The position numbers and the translations under genes are program-made. From Camelus ferus (lineage: Eukaryota), in NCBI RefSeq assembly GCF_009834535.1, contig NC_045696.1, forward strand, positions 1,738,001 to 1,802,000: DNA of 64,000 nucleotides, given 5' to 3'. Each line of letters starts with the position of its first letter. The stretch's first letter is position 1. Below the pieces are notes generated by a model. That model searched no databases and had not been told where the DNA came from. It saw only the letters and a list, made by a program, of their open reading frames with translations. Positions 19,134 to 31,060 of the stretch are shown piece by piece.

Positions 19134-19405
19134 CCTGAGGCTGCTGTCACAGAGGACCACACACATAGTGGCCTGAACAATATGAATTTATTTTCTTAGG
19201 ATTCTGGGGCCAGACGTACAAAATGGGTCTCACTGGGACAAAGCCAAGGTGCGGGCGGCTTTCCCCCCAGAGGCTCCAGGGGAGACCCCATGCCCGGCCT
19301 CGTCCAGCTCCTAGAGGCGCCCGCACCCTGGCCTGCGGCCCTCCCTCATCTTCACAGGTTCCTGGGACTAGGACTCGGACTTCCTGGGGGACCACTGTTC
19401 TGCCC
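19134..19405 (-). mobile_element. MLT1-family solo LTR
   Basis: tgtgtcagtccctgaggctgctgtcacag...aatttattttctt...ttctggggccagacgtacaaaatgggtctcactggg...cacaggttcctggga. Confidence 0.7.
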
Positions 19406-19750
19406 GAACTTGCCTGTCGAGGGGAAGTGCTGTGAACGCAGAATCGGCTCACTGGGGGCAGGCGGGGTCCCCCAGGGGACCCCAGCAGCGTGCGAGCAAA
19501 CTCCTCGGGGCAGGAGAGGGGATCCCGACTGTGGCTGCCTTGAAGTAAAAGCCCTCAAGCCAACATGATGTCAGCGGGCTCACGAAAGTCCTAAAAAGTT
19601 CACAATCAGCCATCACAAGCCGGCTCGAGCCAGTCCAAGCCGGCCCAGCACCCACGGCACCATCCCCAGCCCGGGTCTGCCAGTGAGGGTGAGTCTGGGC
19701 GGAGTTGGGGGCTGCGGGGCCACAGACAACAGACTTTAAACACAGAGAGG

Positions 19751-19756
19751 TTTATT
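19751..19756 (-). terminator. LRRC3: Candidate LRRC3 polyadenylation signal AATAAA (implies a ~4.1 kb 3'UTR)
   Basis: tttatt on + strand; on - strand followed by GU-rich ctctgtgtttaaagtctgttgtctgtgg; an alternative AATAAA lies at 22693-22698. Confidence 0.5.
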
Positions 19757-22700
19757 GAGGGTTCACAGGCAGGAGGGAGGACAGGAGAACTGGGTTTGGG
19801 GCCAAGCTTGCAGGAAAGACAACCCCCGAAACCGCCCCCAGCTCCCGCCAAGGCTGGGAGTGGCTGCAGGTCCAGAATGTTCCACCTGGACCGCAGTCTG
19901 CAGGGCCTCCTCCCTGGGTCACTCAGTCCAGGACCCAAGCCTCGTGCAAACACATCCGAGGGACCCGCTGCAAAGGAGCCCGGGAGCAACGCGCAGGAGT
20001 GGGCCCACGGGGCCCCGGCAATGCCCAGGCCCCGGGCCACCTCGGCTGCCTTTAGCTCCCAGGAAGGTGGCCTGTGCGTTCCCGCCCTGGCTTTGCTGAG
20101 GCCCTGGGACTCTGCTGACCCTTGGGAGGAGCCGTCCAAGGCAGCTGGCCCCGCTGGAACCCCTGGCTGAGGGGGCGTCTGAGTGTACACGTTCCTTGGA
20201 TGTCTGTGTGAACATGACCAGCTGAGGAGCTAAACCTGACCGGCCCCTGCTTTCCTGTACACCCTGCCCCATCTGCCTGGAGCAACTTTCCATTAGGAAC
20301 AGAGCACATCCATTTAACCCTAGTCTCACAACTGAAACTGTCGTCCATCTGCGAGGGGAATTGGGGCCCTGTGGTACGGGCGGTCCCTGGTTCCCTGCAT
20401 CCAGGCCCTTCCAGGAGAGGAGCCAGTTCATGCATCTGAGGGTGCCAGCACCTCCCTCCCAGCCCCAGCCTCGAGGTCTGTCTACAGCCTGCCGCCAGCC
20501 TCCCGGGGGGCCTGGGAGCATTTCTGGAGCAGAGCTGGGAGCCTCCTCTGTGCAGGGAGTCCACCCCACCAGGGACAGCTCCCGCGTGTCAGGCCGGCCC
20601 TGCTGGGGCTCAGCAGTACACCTGCTCGCCCCCTACTGCTAGACCACCCAAGGGCATGGCCGGGCGGGCCTCTCAGGGCCCCGAAGTCCGAAGAGGAAGG
20701 GAGGCAGGGGTGTCAGGAAGCTGTGAATGTGGGGCATCCCTTCCCAGGGTCAGGTCAAGGGTGAGGCTCCAGTTTCCAAGCGGACCATCCGTGGTGAGGC
20801 CAGGGACCAAGAGAGAAGGAAGTCTCATCTCAAACCCGAGTGGCCTGGTCGGGGGACCAGCTCCCAAGGGGCCCCACAGTGCCCCATGACCCCCTCACTG
20901 CCTCTCCCCTCCCCCCACTCTGGCCCTGAGGCCCCCCTCAACTCCCACGGGAAGGAAAAGAGGCTCAGCAGGGTGGTTCTTGGGCCAGTCTGCTCCCGCC
21001 ACACCTCTGCTGCAGGAGGAACCCCAAAGTCATCCCACCCGGACCCTGTGAAGTGCTACCTCCCAAGGCAAGAGGGGCTTTGCAGGTAGGGGTAAGCAAG
21101 GCCATGCGCATGAAGCTCTTTGAGGCCTCTTACCTGGAATGTAACGAGAGCCAGGGGTCACCTGTGTCCCACAAAGGCTGCCATCCCACTGCCTCCCAAC
21201 AGACACGGGCCAGTTGAGGCACCCCCTTTGCCCTGTCCCCACCCCTGTCAACACAGGTCCCATTCATGGGGCTGGCTTGACCCCGGCCTCTGCAGAACTA
21301 GAAGATGGGGTCAAATGCCCGCTCACACCGGGCCCATGGGTGCTGGGGTCGAGGTGAGGAGTCAGCATGAAGCCCGTGGGGGTCCGGGCATCCGCACACA
21401 CATAGCTGCAAGGAACAGGGTGGGCGCAGACAGGACATCATCTTTAGGAGCCCCTTAGGGGAGGGAAGGGGAAATCCGAGAAGGGGAAGGGAGGAGAGGG
21501 GGGAGGAGAGGGCTGCACCCCAGGAGAGCCAAGGGCTCCCAGGCACCAGGGGTGGGGGCTCCCATGAGCAGGAAGGGGCTTCCAGGTCCTGCAGTTGGGG
21601 TCCTGGTGGTCTTTGGAGGTAGGTATCCTCTCCTGGGAGACTCCACGAGGGGTGAGGAGCTCAGAGAGGCCAAGGAGGGAGGGGCAGCCCCCGACTCTGG
21701 ACTTGGGCAGAGAGGGGCCCTTCTGGTGTGCTCCGAGGTCCTGGGCCCATGTCCCCGTCCCCGCAGAGTGGAACAGGATGCTGGCAGGCCCACACCAAGG
21801 GGAAGGTGGGTTGGGGGCTGGGGGCCAGCAGAAAGGAGGGGAGGGGAGGAGCCCACCCACTCCCTGTGCGCCCCCAGAAGAGCTTCTGGGCAGCATCCAG
21901 GCCCTGGGCTGATTCTGCTTAAGAGCAAGTGAAGAGCTCCCAGTGGCAGAGAAAGGCCCCGAGGTGCCCAGGCCGGCTCGCACCCAAAGGACGTGACCCG
22001 CAGCAGCAGGACCCCAACACTCGCCCCCACCTCCAGCCAGGTCTCAGTCTCCCTTCCCCCTGACCCAGGGTCACGACCACCAGGCAAGCTCACCAGGCGG
22101 CAAGCTCCTGGTGTGGCAGGGCCCCTTTCCCTCCTGTGTGTACCCCGGGATGGGTGGGGAGGGGAGACCTAATTCCCCCAAGGAGCCTGCCTCCCCTGGT
22201 CAGCCAGCAGCCACACTTACCTGCTCCACGTGGCATCTGTCCCACAAGTGGACTGACGCCCAGGTCCACTTGCTTGGTCTTAGCTCTCACTGGAAAGATG
22301 GGCGGGCCGCCCGTTTCCGTGAGGACTGGCATCATCCGGAGCATCACCTGAGCCCTGCCTCCCACGCCGGCACCCCTGGTCGGGACGGTGGGCAGAGAAG
22401 CGCCCACCCACACTCACAGCACAGAGCCCCCATTCACACCGTGTGGCTGTGCACAGACCCCCGTGAGTGCAGGAGAGAGGCGTCTGGGTGTGGGAGAGTA
22501 TTGGCATCTCTTGGTTGTTTCTTTTTAATGCATCACAACTGAAAAATCATGACCTTGTTCAGATGTGCCTTTCGGGTCTCGGCTGTGTGTGCTGTAAATC
22601 TGTTTCCTGCTGCAAGTCACATGACACCTTCCAATGCAAACCTCCCTCAGTCTTCATCCTTTCTAAGAGTCTGCTGAGAAAGGCTTCTGTCCTTTATTCC

Positions 22701-23857
22701 TCAGATCCCTAAGTGATGTACCCCTTCTTGCTTCCCCCCAAAATATTTGAATTAGTGTAAAATATAAACACTCATACAAAAAAAAACCAGTAAAAAATAA
22801 AATTGGAAAGACAAGTCAGGGTTACTTAGGTGGAGGTAAGGTCTACCCTGAACTTGAAGTAGGTAAGAAAATTGAGCATTAAAGTTGCTCTGAGATTCCT
22901 GGCAGCAAAGCTGAAAAGGAGAGAGAAAGAGAGTTCCCGCTGCTGGCGAAAAGGAGTCATCCTACTGATTGGCCTTGAAACATCAGTCAGCCCTCCCGTC
23001 CTCTGGGAAGGAGCGGCTTCAGCGAGCAGAAGAGCAAGGCACGTAGCGACCCCAGATGACGGCCCCCCTGCCCCGAGCGGGCGCGGGCGGAGGACAGGGA
23101 CCGGGCAGGACCCTGCTCGTCTTGACTCTGCCCCCTTGACGAGCCACCGTGGACCCTTCTCAGGTTCCTCTCCATGGTTTTTTTTTTGGTGGTGGTGGGG
23201 GGGTTGTTTGATTGTTTGCTTTTTGGTTTGGGTTGTTTTTTTCCTTCTTCCTGGACTGAAATTTTGGTACAAGTGTTACTCTTAACAAACATTCTGAGAA
23301 TAAACAAAAGAGTCGTTCAAAGGTTAGACACTCCACTCACCTCTCCAAAAACCCTTGGTCTCTACCGCTTCGCTCTGGACAGAGTGCTGCGGTCAAACAT
23401 GTTCAGGAAACACTGGGGATGCAGAGGCAAGTCAGTTCCACATACAGGATCACCTGTGCTTTCAAGTGACAGAAGGCACCCACTGTCCTCGGGGAGCCTC
23501 AATCAAGGGTACACACTCACTCTTGTCTGAATGCTTGGGTGCCCCGGGGACAGGCTACCAGAGTGGAAGGGACACTGAACATGGTGACAGACTGCCCGGC
23601 TTTACATCGCAGCGGGTCGTCTCCGGCTGCGATACTCCACCTCTCCGCCCCTGGGGCTGACGGTAAAATTACCTGGCCTGAAGGATGCTACAGCCACTCG
23701 CTGCCCTAAGGGAAAGTGCTGTGTAATCAGGAAGTACTGGACAGAAGCAACCGTGTCACCACCTCACCAAGGGAACATCAAAGGCGTGAGTCAGTCACCA
23801 TCTGCTACAAAAGCGATGGGAGACACGTGGGCTTCGGGCTGCTCGAGCCAGTGGGCA

Positions 23858-24631
23858 TTAAGGCGCAGGGCTGATGGGGTCCTTGGACACAGGGGTGCTG
23901 GGCAGGGACTTCAGGTACTCCAGGTGCCTCCTGGCGTCCTCCTGGTTCTGGCGCACGTAGTACACGACGTAGGTGATCACCATGGCAAACCAGCCGAACA
24001 TGGTGACCAGCATGGCCACGTCGGTGGTCTTGTGGTGGATGCTGCAGAAGCTGACGCCGGAGTCAAGGGCCTGGATCAGCGGCTTCCCCACGTACTCCTC
24101 CTGCACCGAGGTGTGGCAGGCGATCTCGTCCACGGAGTCGGGGTCCAGCTTCAGCTCCCACAGGGCCTCCTGCAGGGCACACTCGCAGTGCAGCGGGTTG
24201 TGCGACAGGCGGATCTTGGCACTGAGCTTGCCCAGAGCGTCCTTCGGAATCCTCCGGATGCGATTGTGAGACAGGTCCAGCAGCCGCAGGCCCCCGGCCA
24301 GGCCCGAGAAAGCGGCGGGGCCAATGCTCTCGATGGCGTTCTGGGACAAGTCCAGCTCTCTCAGCTGGTTCAGGTGCTGGAAGGCTCCGTTGGGGACGCG
24401 GGCGATCCTGTTGGCGTCGAGCTTCAGGAGCACAGTGTCGGCGGGGATGTCCTTGGGGATCTCCTGCAGGCCCCTCGCACTGCAGTGGACGGCCACAGCC
24501 CCCGCGTGGTCAGGGCACTGGCAGCTCTGTGGGCAAGAGGTCCCCAACCGCAGGCAGAAGAGGAGGAGGAGGCAAGACCCTCCCGTGGGGACTGGCAGGG
24601 ACGAGGGACTCTGTTTGCCTGTGGGGCCCAT
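23858..24631 (-). CDS. LRRC3: Leucine-rich repeat-containing protein 3 (257 aa, single coding exon)
   Basis: Signal peptide (CLLLLFCLRLG), LRRNT CPQSCQC..VHC, LRRs LKLDANRI/LDLSQNAI/LDLSHNRI, LRRCT NPLHCEC, TM VAMLVTMFGWFAMVITYVVYYV, tail RQNQEDARRHLEYLKSLPS; lies between TSPEAR and TRPM2. Confidence 0.97.
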   Translation of the reverse strand: MGPTGKQSPSSLPVPTGGSCLLLLFCLRLGTSCPQSCQCPDHAGAVAVHCSARGLQEIPKDIPADTVLLKLDANRIARVPNGAFQHLNQLRELDLSQNAIESIGPAAFSGLAGGLRLLDLSHNRIRRIPKDALGKLSAKIRLSHNPLHCECALQEALWELKLDPDSVDEIACHTSVQEEYVGKPLIQALDSGVSFCSIHHKTTDVAMLVTMFGWFAMVITYVVYYVRQNQEDARRHLEYLKSLPSTPVSKDPISPAP

Positions 24632-24792
24632 CCTGACCTCGAGCGCCTGGGGACGGGTGGCCCGCTGCTCTCACTCACTGCTGGGGGTCCACTCTCCCCC
24701 ACTCCCTGGCCTCCGCTGCGCAAGTGACCATCCCATACAGACATAAACTCTCCTTCCTCACGTGCCAGGAAGAACGGCGCTCTCTTTCAGTT
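24632..24792 (-). other. LRRC3: LRRC3 exon 2 5'UTR portion (acceptor ctctttttcttttag| at 24794/24793)
   Basis: Strong polypyrimidine tract plus AG on the minus strand 161 nt upstream of the ATG. Confidence 0.7.
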
Positions 24793-25289
24793 CTAAAAGA
24801 AAAAGAGTAATCAGCATTCGCTGGCTGTGGTCCAGCTGGAGACCAGGGGGCACACTTTGGCCTCCAGGGAGATGTCACAGGCAAACAAAAGTGTCTGACC
24901 TGAGGGGGCCTGTGTAACTTACTCTGGGAGACTCCCACTGCCACCCAGAAGAGCAAGGTCGTGCTGACCGCTGGCTGAGGGCCAGTGCACAGCAAAGTGG
25001 TCTGAGAATCCTGCCACCCTTCCCTGGACACACCCATTGCACACCTTGGGGGCCCTGGGCCTGGACAGCACGGGTGATGGGGGTCAACCACCTCCTAGTT
25101 CCTTGGGGCTGGAAACCAGGAAGACTGGGCTGCAGGGTTTTCCTAGGAAACTGGAATGCAGGGGAGACCGCCAGCTACGGCTGGGAAGCTGGGAACCCAG
25201 GGCGCCCTCATCGCCGCGGGGCTAGGCTGCTGTCAGAAGCTCAGCCCTTTGCTATTCCGACAATCCCTTTATAAATTATAATAACAAAA

Positions 25290-26320
25290 GCGCTCCTCGG
25301 TCGGTCCTCAGGGGAACAATCACCCACGGGCACCGGCACTGGAGTCGGCGCCTTTTATTTCAGTAATGTTTGAAAAAGAAGGGAACCGAATAAAGAGAAA
25401 AAGCCAAGCCCTGGGCGCGCGGCCCGCGCTGGGCGTGGAGTGACGGGGCCGCGCCGGGCCTGGGCGGGCGGGGCGCGGTGTCGGGGACCCCGGCCCCGGG
25501 ACCTGGGGATCCCCGAGCCCCGGACCCCAAGGACCCTCGGGATTCCTGGGCGGTGGATGAACGGGGTTGGAGTGTCCACGCTCCCGGGGCGGGGCGGGGC
25601 GGGGGCTTTACCTGCGCGGCCGCGTCCGGAGGCTGCCGTGCGCGAGGCTCTCGGCCGCTCTGAACCCGACCTGGCGTCACACTCGGGCGCGGCGGCCACC
25701 CGAGGCCTGCGCCCACGTCTGCGGCCGCTCGGGACACACGCGGCTCGGCCTGCGCGGGCGGGGCGGGGCCTGCGGGCTAGAGGCGGGGCGGGGCGGGGCC
25801 TGGGCGGAGTCTGGGAGGCGGGGTGGAGTCCAGAGAGGGGCGGGACCAGGAGACGAGGGGCGGGGCCTTGGGTGAGGCAGCTGAGGCTACACAGGGCGGG
25901 GCCTGGGGGGTAGCCAGTGCCGCGAGTTGGAGTCCGGAGCGGGGCGGGGTCTGGACGACGCAAGGCTTGAGAATTAGGGGCGGGGCCCGCGGGCGAATGA
26001 TGGGGAGGGGCGGGGCCTGGGCGGAGTCTTGGGTGGAGCGGGGCCAGGACAACAGGGGACCTGAGGGCAAGGGGCGTGCCTTGGGCGGGGCTGCAGAGGC
26101 TACACGGGGCGGGGCCTGGGGTGGGGTTTTCGGTGAGGGTGTGTCCATGGGCTGTGGGCCGGACCGCTGGCCCAGAGCCCCGCCCGTGACAGAGTCCAGC
26201 CCCGCCCCGCACTGGGGAGAATCTCCTGGCCCAGGCGCAGGGATGCCCGAGGGGCCTAGAGACCCTCGGGTCAGCGAAGCCCCTCCTGTGTGTCCCTCGA
26301 AGGCCGGGTGCCAGCGGCCG
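25290..26320 (-). promoter_or_regulatory. CpG island / LRRC3 promoter with many Sp1-type GC boxes (ggggcggggcc repeats at ~25755-26120)
   Basis: High CpG density and many GGGCGGGG motifs immediately upstream of the candidate exon 1. Confidence 0.85.
25612..25750 (-). other. LRRC3: Candidate non-coding LRRC3 exon 1 (TSS approximate)
   Basis: Donor gccgcgcag|gtaaag on - strand at 25612/25611 inside the CpG island. Confidence 0.6.
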
Positions 26321-26477
26321 CCAAAGCTGTTTAATGGGATTAGGTCTCCGCCCACCTGGGTCCCTTCGTGTTCCACCTCCCACCTGTGTCTTAGGGTCCC
26401 TGCATGTGCACCACATAGGAACGCTGGGAATGTGGGGGTCGGGGCATTTAAGGTAGACCTGAGCCATCCTTAGGGTT

Positions 26478-29400
26478 CTTTGAAATCAGCTTTATTGTGG
26501 TGTAATTTATACACTGTAAACCACATATCCAAATTTGATACGTTGTGACATTTGTATACATCTGTGAAACCATCACCTCAGTCAAAGCAGTAAATGTCTG
26601 TTTCCCCTTTGTGGTCCATCTTCTCTGACCCTCATCACCAGGCAAGCACTGATCTGCTCTGTCACTGGTTGCGTTTCCTTCCATTTTGTGCGTGGACTCG
26701 TAGGTCTGTCTGTTTGTCTGGCTTCTTTTACTCAGCATAGTTAATTTAGTTAATTTGAGTTCACTCCTGCTGATGGGTTTGTCAGTGGTTATTCCTTTTA
26801 TCGCTGAGTGTTGATCCATTGCATGAATGTTCCACAGTTTGCATATCCACTCTCCTGCTCATGGAAATTTGGGTTGCCTCCAGTTGCTGGCTCTTACAAA
26901 TAGAGCTGATATGAACATTGTGCACAGTCTTTATTGGGACAAATACGCTTGTATCTCTTAGGTAAATATCTAGGAATGAAATGGCTGGATCATATGGTAG
27001 CTTATGCTTAGCTTTTAAGAAGCTGCCAAAGTGATTGTACAGTTTTGCACTCCCGTGCTGTGTGTGCTCCACATCTTCACCAGCACTTGGTATGATCAGG
27101 CTTTTCAATTTTAGATATTCTCATACGTGTGTGGGAGTTTATCTCATTGTGGTTTTAATCTGTATTTTACTCATGACTTTAGTATCTATTCAACTGTTTA
27201 TTTGCCATCTCTAAGGAAGTGTTCTGCTCAAATCTAACCACTTTTAATTGAGTTGCTTTCTTACTGTTGAATTTTGAGAATTATTTGTACATTCTGGATA
27301 CAAATCTTTTATCAGATATGCGATTTAAGTATATTTTCTCTGAGTCTGTAGGTTGTCTTTTCATTCTCTTAGAAGTTTTTCAAAGAGAAATTTTAAATTT
27401 TGATGAAGACCAATATATCAATGTTTTATTTTTTATGAATCATGCTTTTGGTGTCATAGCTAAGACATCTTTGCCTAAACTCAAAGTCACAAGGGTGTTA
27501 TATTTTAGGTTTTGCGTTTGAGTCTATTCCCCATTTTGAGTTAGTTTTGGTATACAATGTGAGATATGATTCAAAGTGGGGGCTTTTTGTGCAAATGGAT
27601 GTCCAGTTTTCCAGGACTGTGTTGAAAAAATAATCCTTTCTCTGCTGAATTACTTCTGCCCGTTTGTTGAATATCAGTGGTCTGGACATACAGGACTCTG
27701 TTTCTGTACTCTCTGTGTTCAGTTGGTCTATTTGTCTATTTTTATGCAAATATTTCAAGCTGTCTTCATTACTGTAGGTTTATAAGGATCCTTGAAGCCA
27801 AGTAATATAAATGTTCCAACTTTGTTCTTTCATGAAGTTCTTTTGGTCATCCAAGATCCTTTGCATTTCCTCATGAATTTTAGGATCAGCTTGACAACGT
27901 CTACCAGAAAGCTGAGTAGGATAGTGTTTGGAATTGCACTGAATCTATGGATCAGTCTGAGAGAATTAACACTTTGATAATACTGAGCATCCCAGTCAGT
28001 GGACATGGTATAGCTTCTCATTTATTTAAAGCCCTTCTTTATTTCATCTGTGTTTTACAGTTTTTGGTTTACAGATCTCGCATATCTTTTGTCAGATTTA
28101 TCTCTGGCATTTTTATGTTATGTAAACAGGATTTAAATTCCAGTTTCTCTTTGTTAAATGCTAATACGTAGAAATAAAATTGATTTTTGTCTACTTATCT
28201 CAACTTTGCTAAATTCACTTATTAGTTCTAGTAACTTTTTAATAGATGCCTTAGGGTTTTCTATGCGTACAATCAAGTTATCTGTAAATAAAAAGCTTAT
28301 TACTTCCTTCTTTCCAGTCTAGACGTCTTTCACGCTGTTTTCGTGACTAATCGCACTGGCCAGAGCCTCTAGTTCAACACTGAACAGGAGGCCTGAGCAC
28401 AGATATCCCTGCTCCTCCTGATCTTAGGGGGGAGCCTTGGTCTTTCACCATTAAGAATAGTATTGTCTTGTACTTCGTAGCTGCCCTTATCAGTATATGG
28501 ACATTTCCTTCAATTACTAGTTTACTGAGAGTTTTTATCAGGAATGGATATTTGATTTTGTCAAACTTTTTTTCTACATCTATTAAGAATATTTGTATTG
28601 GTCTACTAATATGGTAGATTATATTGATTGACTTTCAAGTGTTAAATCAACCTGTGTCCTTGCCATAAATCTCACTTGCTCATGATGTATTATCATTTGT
28701 ATATGATGTTGAATTTTTAATAGATGCAGAGTTACTGAGGTTATCTTTTTCCTCGACTGAATGTTGTAGTTTATGTCTTTCAAGTAGTTACCCATTTCAT
28801 CTAAGCTGTTGAATCAGCATAAAGTTCTTCATCCTTTCAATATAGAGTATGAAGTGATGCCACCTCTTTCATTCCTGATGCTGGCAATTTGTGTCTTCTT
28901 TCTTTTATTGATCAGTCAGGACAGAAATTTATCAATTTTACTGATAATCTCAAAGATCTAGTTCTTAGTTTCATAGGTTTCTCTGTTTTTTTTTTCTTTT
29001 TTCCCCCATTGACTTCTACGCTGATCTGTTGCTTACACCGAGTTTCATTTTCTCTTCTTTTTCTAGTAGATTGTAAGGTGGAAGATGAGCTTGCCTTTCT
29101 TCTTCTCTAGCACAGGCAGACCTCAGAGACACTGCAGGCTCCGTCCCAGACCACTGCGGTGGGATAAGCGCCCCCATAAAGTGAGTCTCAGCTTCCCAGT
29201 ACGTACAGAAGTTGTTTCCACTGCACTGCAGTCCATGAAGTGAGCAACAGCATGTCTAAGAAAAAATGTGTATACTTTAATTTTAAATACTTTATTGCTA
29301 AAAAGATCGTTCTGGTTTTGATTATTAACTTAAGTCCACTGTTGGTAGAGAACATACGCTGTATGTTTCAGGTCCTTTTAAATTTATCGAGACTCATTTT

Positions 29401-29846
29401 GTGGTCCAGAATATGTGTTAATAACTGTTACATGTGTGCTTACATGTGTGCTCTACTGTTGCTCGGTGGAAGGTTCTAGAAATGTTGATGAAGTCAAGTC
29501 TGCTGATGGTGTGGTTCAGGTGTCCCACAGCATTACTGATTTCCCATCTACTTGCTACTTAGTTATTGAGACAGGGGTGTTGGCTTTTCTGAGATCTGTC
29601 TGTCTCTCCTTGCAGTTCTATCAGTTTTTGCTTTGTGCATTTTGAAGCCTTAGATTAGTATGTCCTGTTGGTTAATTGAACACTTTATCAGTATAAAATG
29701 AGCCTCCTTACCCTTGGATGCTTTGCCTTGAACTCTACTTTTCTGACACTAACATAGCCACTCCAGCTCCCTTTCCATGGGTTAACATGGGGTATCTTCC
29801 TCCATTCTTTTACTTTTAACCTAAGTATTTATATTTAGTTTCCTTC
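26478..29846 (-). mobile_element. Degraded L1 (3'UTR and ORF2 remnants), interrupted by a Tigger1 fragment
   Basis: AT-rich block; minus-strand ORF fragments resemble L1 ORF2 (RLIHRFSAIP..KLILKF, YDPAISFLDIY, SYLTLYTKTNSKW). Confidence 0.85.
29113..29303 (-). mobile_element. Tigger1-like DNA transposon terminal fragment
   Basis: caggcagacctcagagacactgcaggctccgtcccagaccac...ctttaattttaaatactttattgctaaaa resembles the recalled Tigger1 end. Confidence 0.7.
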
Positions 29847-29849
29847 CTC

Positions 29850-30290
29850 AATGTATTAACGGCAAAGGGGAAAATGATAGCTTTACAGTGGAGAAACCCA
29901 GCGGAAACCGACCATACAGTATGTAACCCAGGCTAATATCATCAGTAATAAGCCGGACTGACATCACGTAGCCCCCTGTGCTGTGCACTGACAAAGACAT
30001 CGTCACTTCTGTGGTATTCTCGCCAAAAATGCACAGCCTATTTTCAATCATGAGAACACATCACACACACCCAAACTGAAGCATTTCACAAAGTGACTGG
30101 TCAGTACACTTCAGAAATGAGACGATCCTCAAAGACAGGAAAAGACTGAGCCACTGGTACAGACTGGAGAAGACCAAGGACAAACAGCAACTGAATGCGA
30201 CTGTTGGGTCCTGGAACAGACACGGACGCCAGTGGGAAAACTGGGGACACAGGACAAGGCTGGAAGTGCTGTGACGTCCTGCTCTGGTGA
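29850..30290 (+). mobile_element. L1MC-type 3' end fragment
   Basis: ctttacagtggagaaacc...catcgtcacttctgtggtattctcgccaaaaatgca...gactggagaagaccaagga...aactgaatgcga. Confidence 0.65.
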
Positions 30291-30744
30291 TGCACATTCA
30301 CCAGGAGGGTGGGCCGGCCAGGCTGCCGTCTGTCCTCCTCTGTTTCATCCCCATTTGTCCTCCGCTCTGTCCCCTTTTCCTCTTCTCCCGCCTTCTCTTG
30401 GATTGAGTATTTCTGAGCCCATTTTCTCTCCCTACTTGCCTCCCCGCTAGGATTCTTTGCTGCTATTTCAGTGGCCGCTTTAGGGGCGGTGTCGGCTGTC
30501 GCTTCTCACCACAGCCTCCCTCAGGTCCCGGCACACCACCGCCCGGGGAGGGCGGGGTGCTGTGGTCACACGGGGTCCCTCCACGTGTGTAGGAACCCTG
30601 CAGAGCATTCCGCCAACTGTCTCTTGAAGAGATTAAAGTAGGATGAGCCGTGAAGCTGTGGCTACATTATCGTATGGCAGACGGAAGAGGGTAGCCACAA
30701 AATGATGGGCTATTTTTAATATTTAAATAAGCTCAACAAGTGAA

Positions 30745-31060
30745 ACAACAAGGCCCCACCATACGGCCCAGGGAACTATAGTCAATCCCTTTCTGTTGCC
30801 GGGGGAGGAGGGGCGGTAATTAGGTTGGTGAGTTAGTTATTTAATGGAGGTGCTGGGGACTGAATCCAGGACCCTGTGCGTGCTGGGCACGCCCTCTGCC
30901 ACTGAGCTCCACCCTCCCCACCCCCATAGTCAATGCCTTTTGATGGTCTATAGTGAAAAAGAACATGACAAGGAATGTACACACGCGTGAGTGAATCACT
31001 TCACTGTACGCCAGAAATTAACAGCATTGTAAACCGACTCTGCCTCAGTTTTAATAAAAG
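30745..31060 (+). mobile_element. Lineage-specific L1 3' end with a nested SINE
   Basis: cagggaactatagtcaat...tgtacgccagaaattaacagcattgtaaaccgact; same family as 51033-51190. Confidence 0.7.
30793..30925 (-). mobile_element. tRNA-derived SINE (Vic-1-like) with ~15 bp target-site duplication
   Basis: Reverse of the SINE head agctcagtggcagag...ggtcctggattcagtccccagcacctcca; TSD atagtcaat(c/g)ccttt at 30778-30792 and 30926-30940. Confidence 0.8.

Noticed and set aside
23753..24727. 324-aa plus-strand ORF
   Set aside because: Antisense shadow of the GC3-rich LRRC3 CDS; starts at GTG and has no recognisable domain.
25355..26467. 370-aa Pro/Arg/Gly-rich minus-strand ORF
   Set aside because: Stop-poor CpG island and GC-box array; low-complexity translation.
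26782..28171. Short ORFs with L1 ORF2 similarity
   Set aside because: Frameshifted remnants of a dead L1, not host genes.
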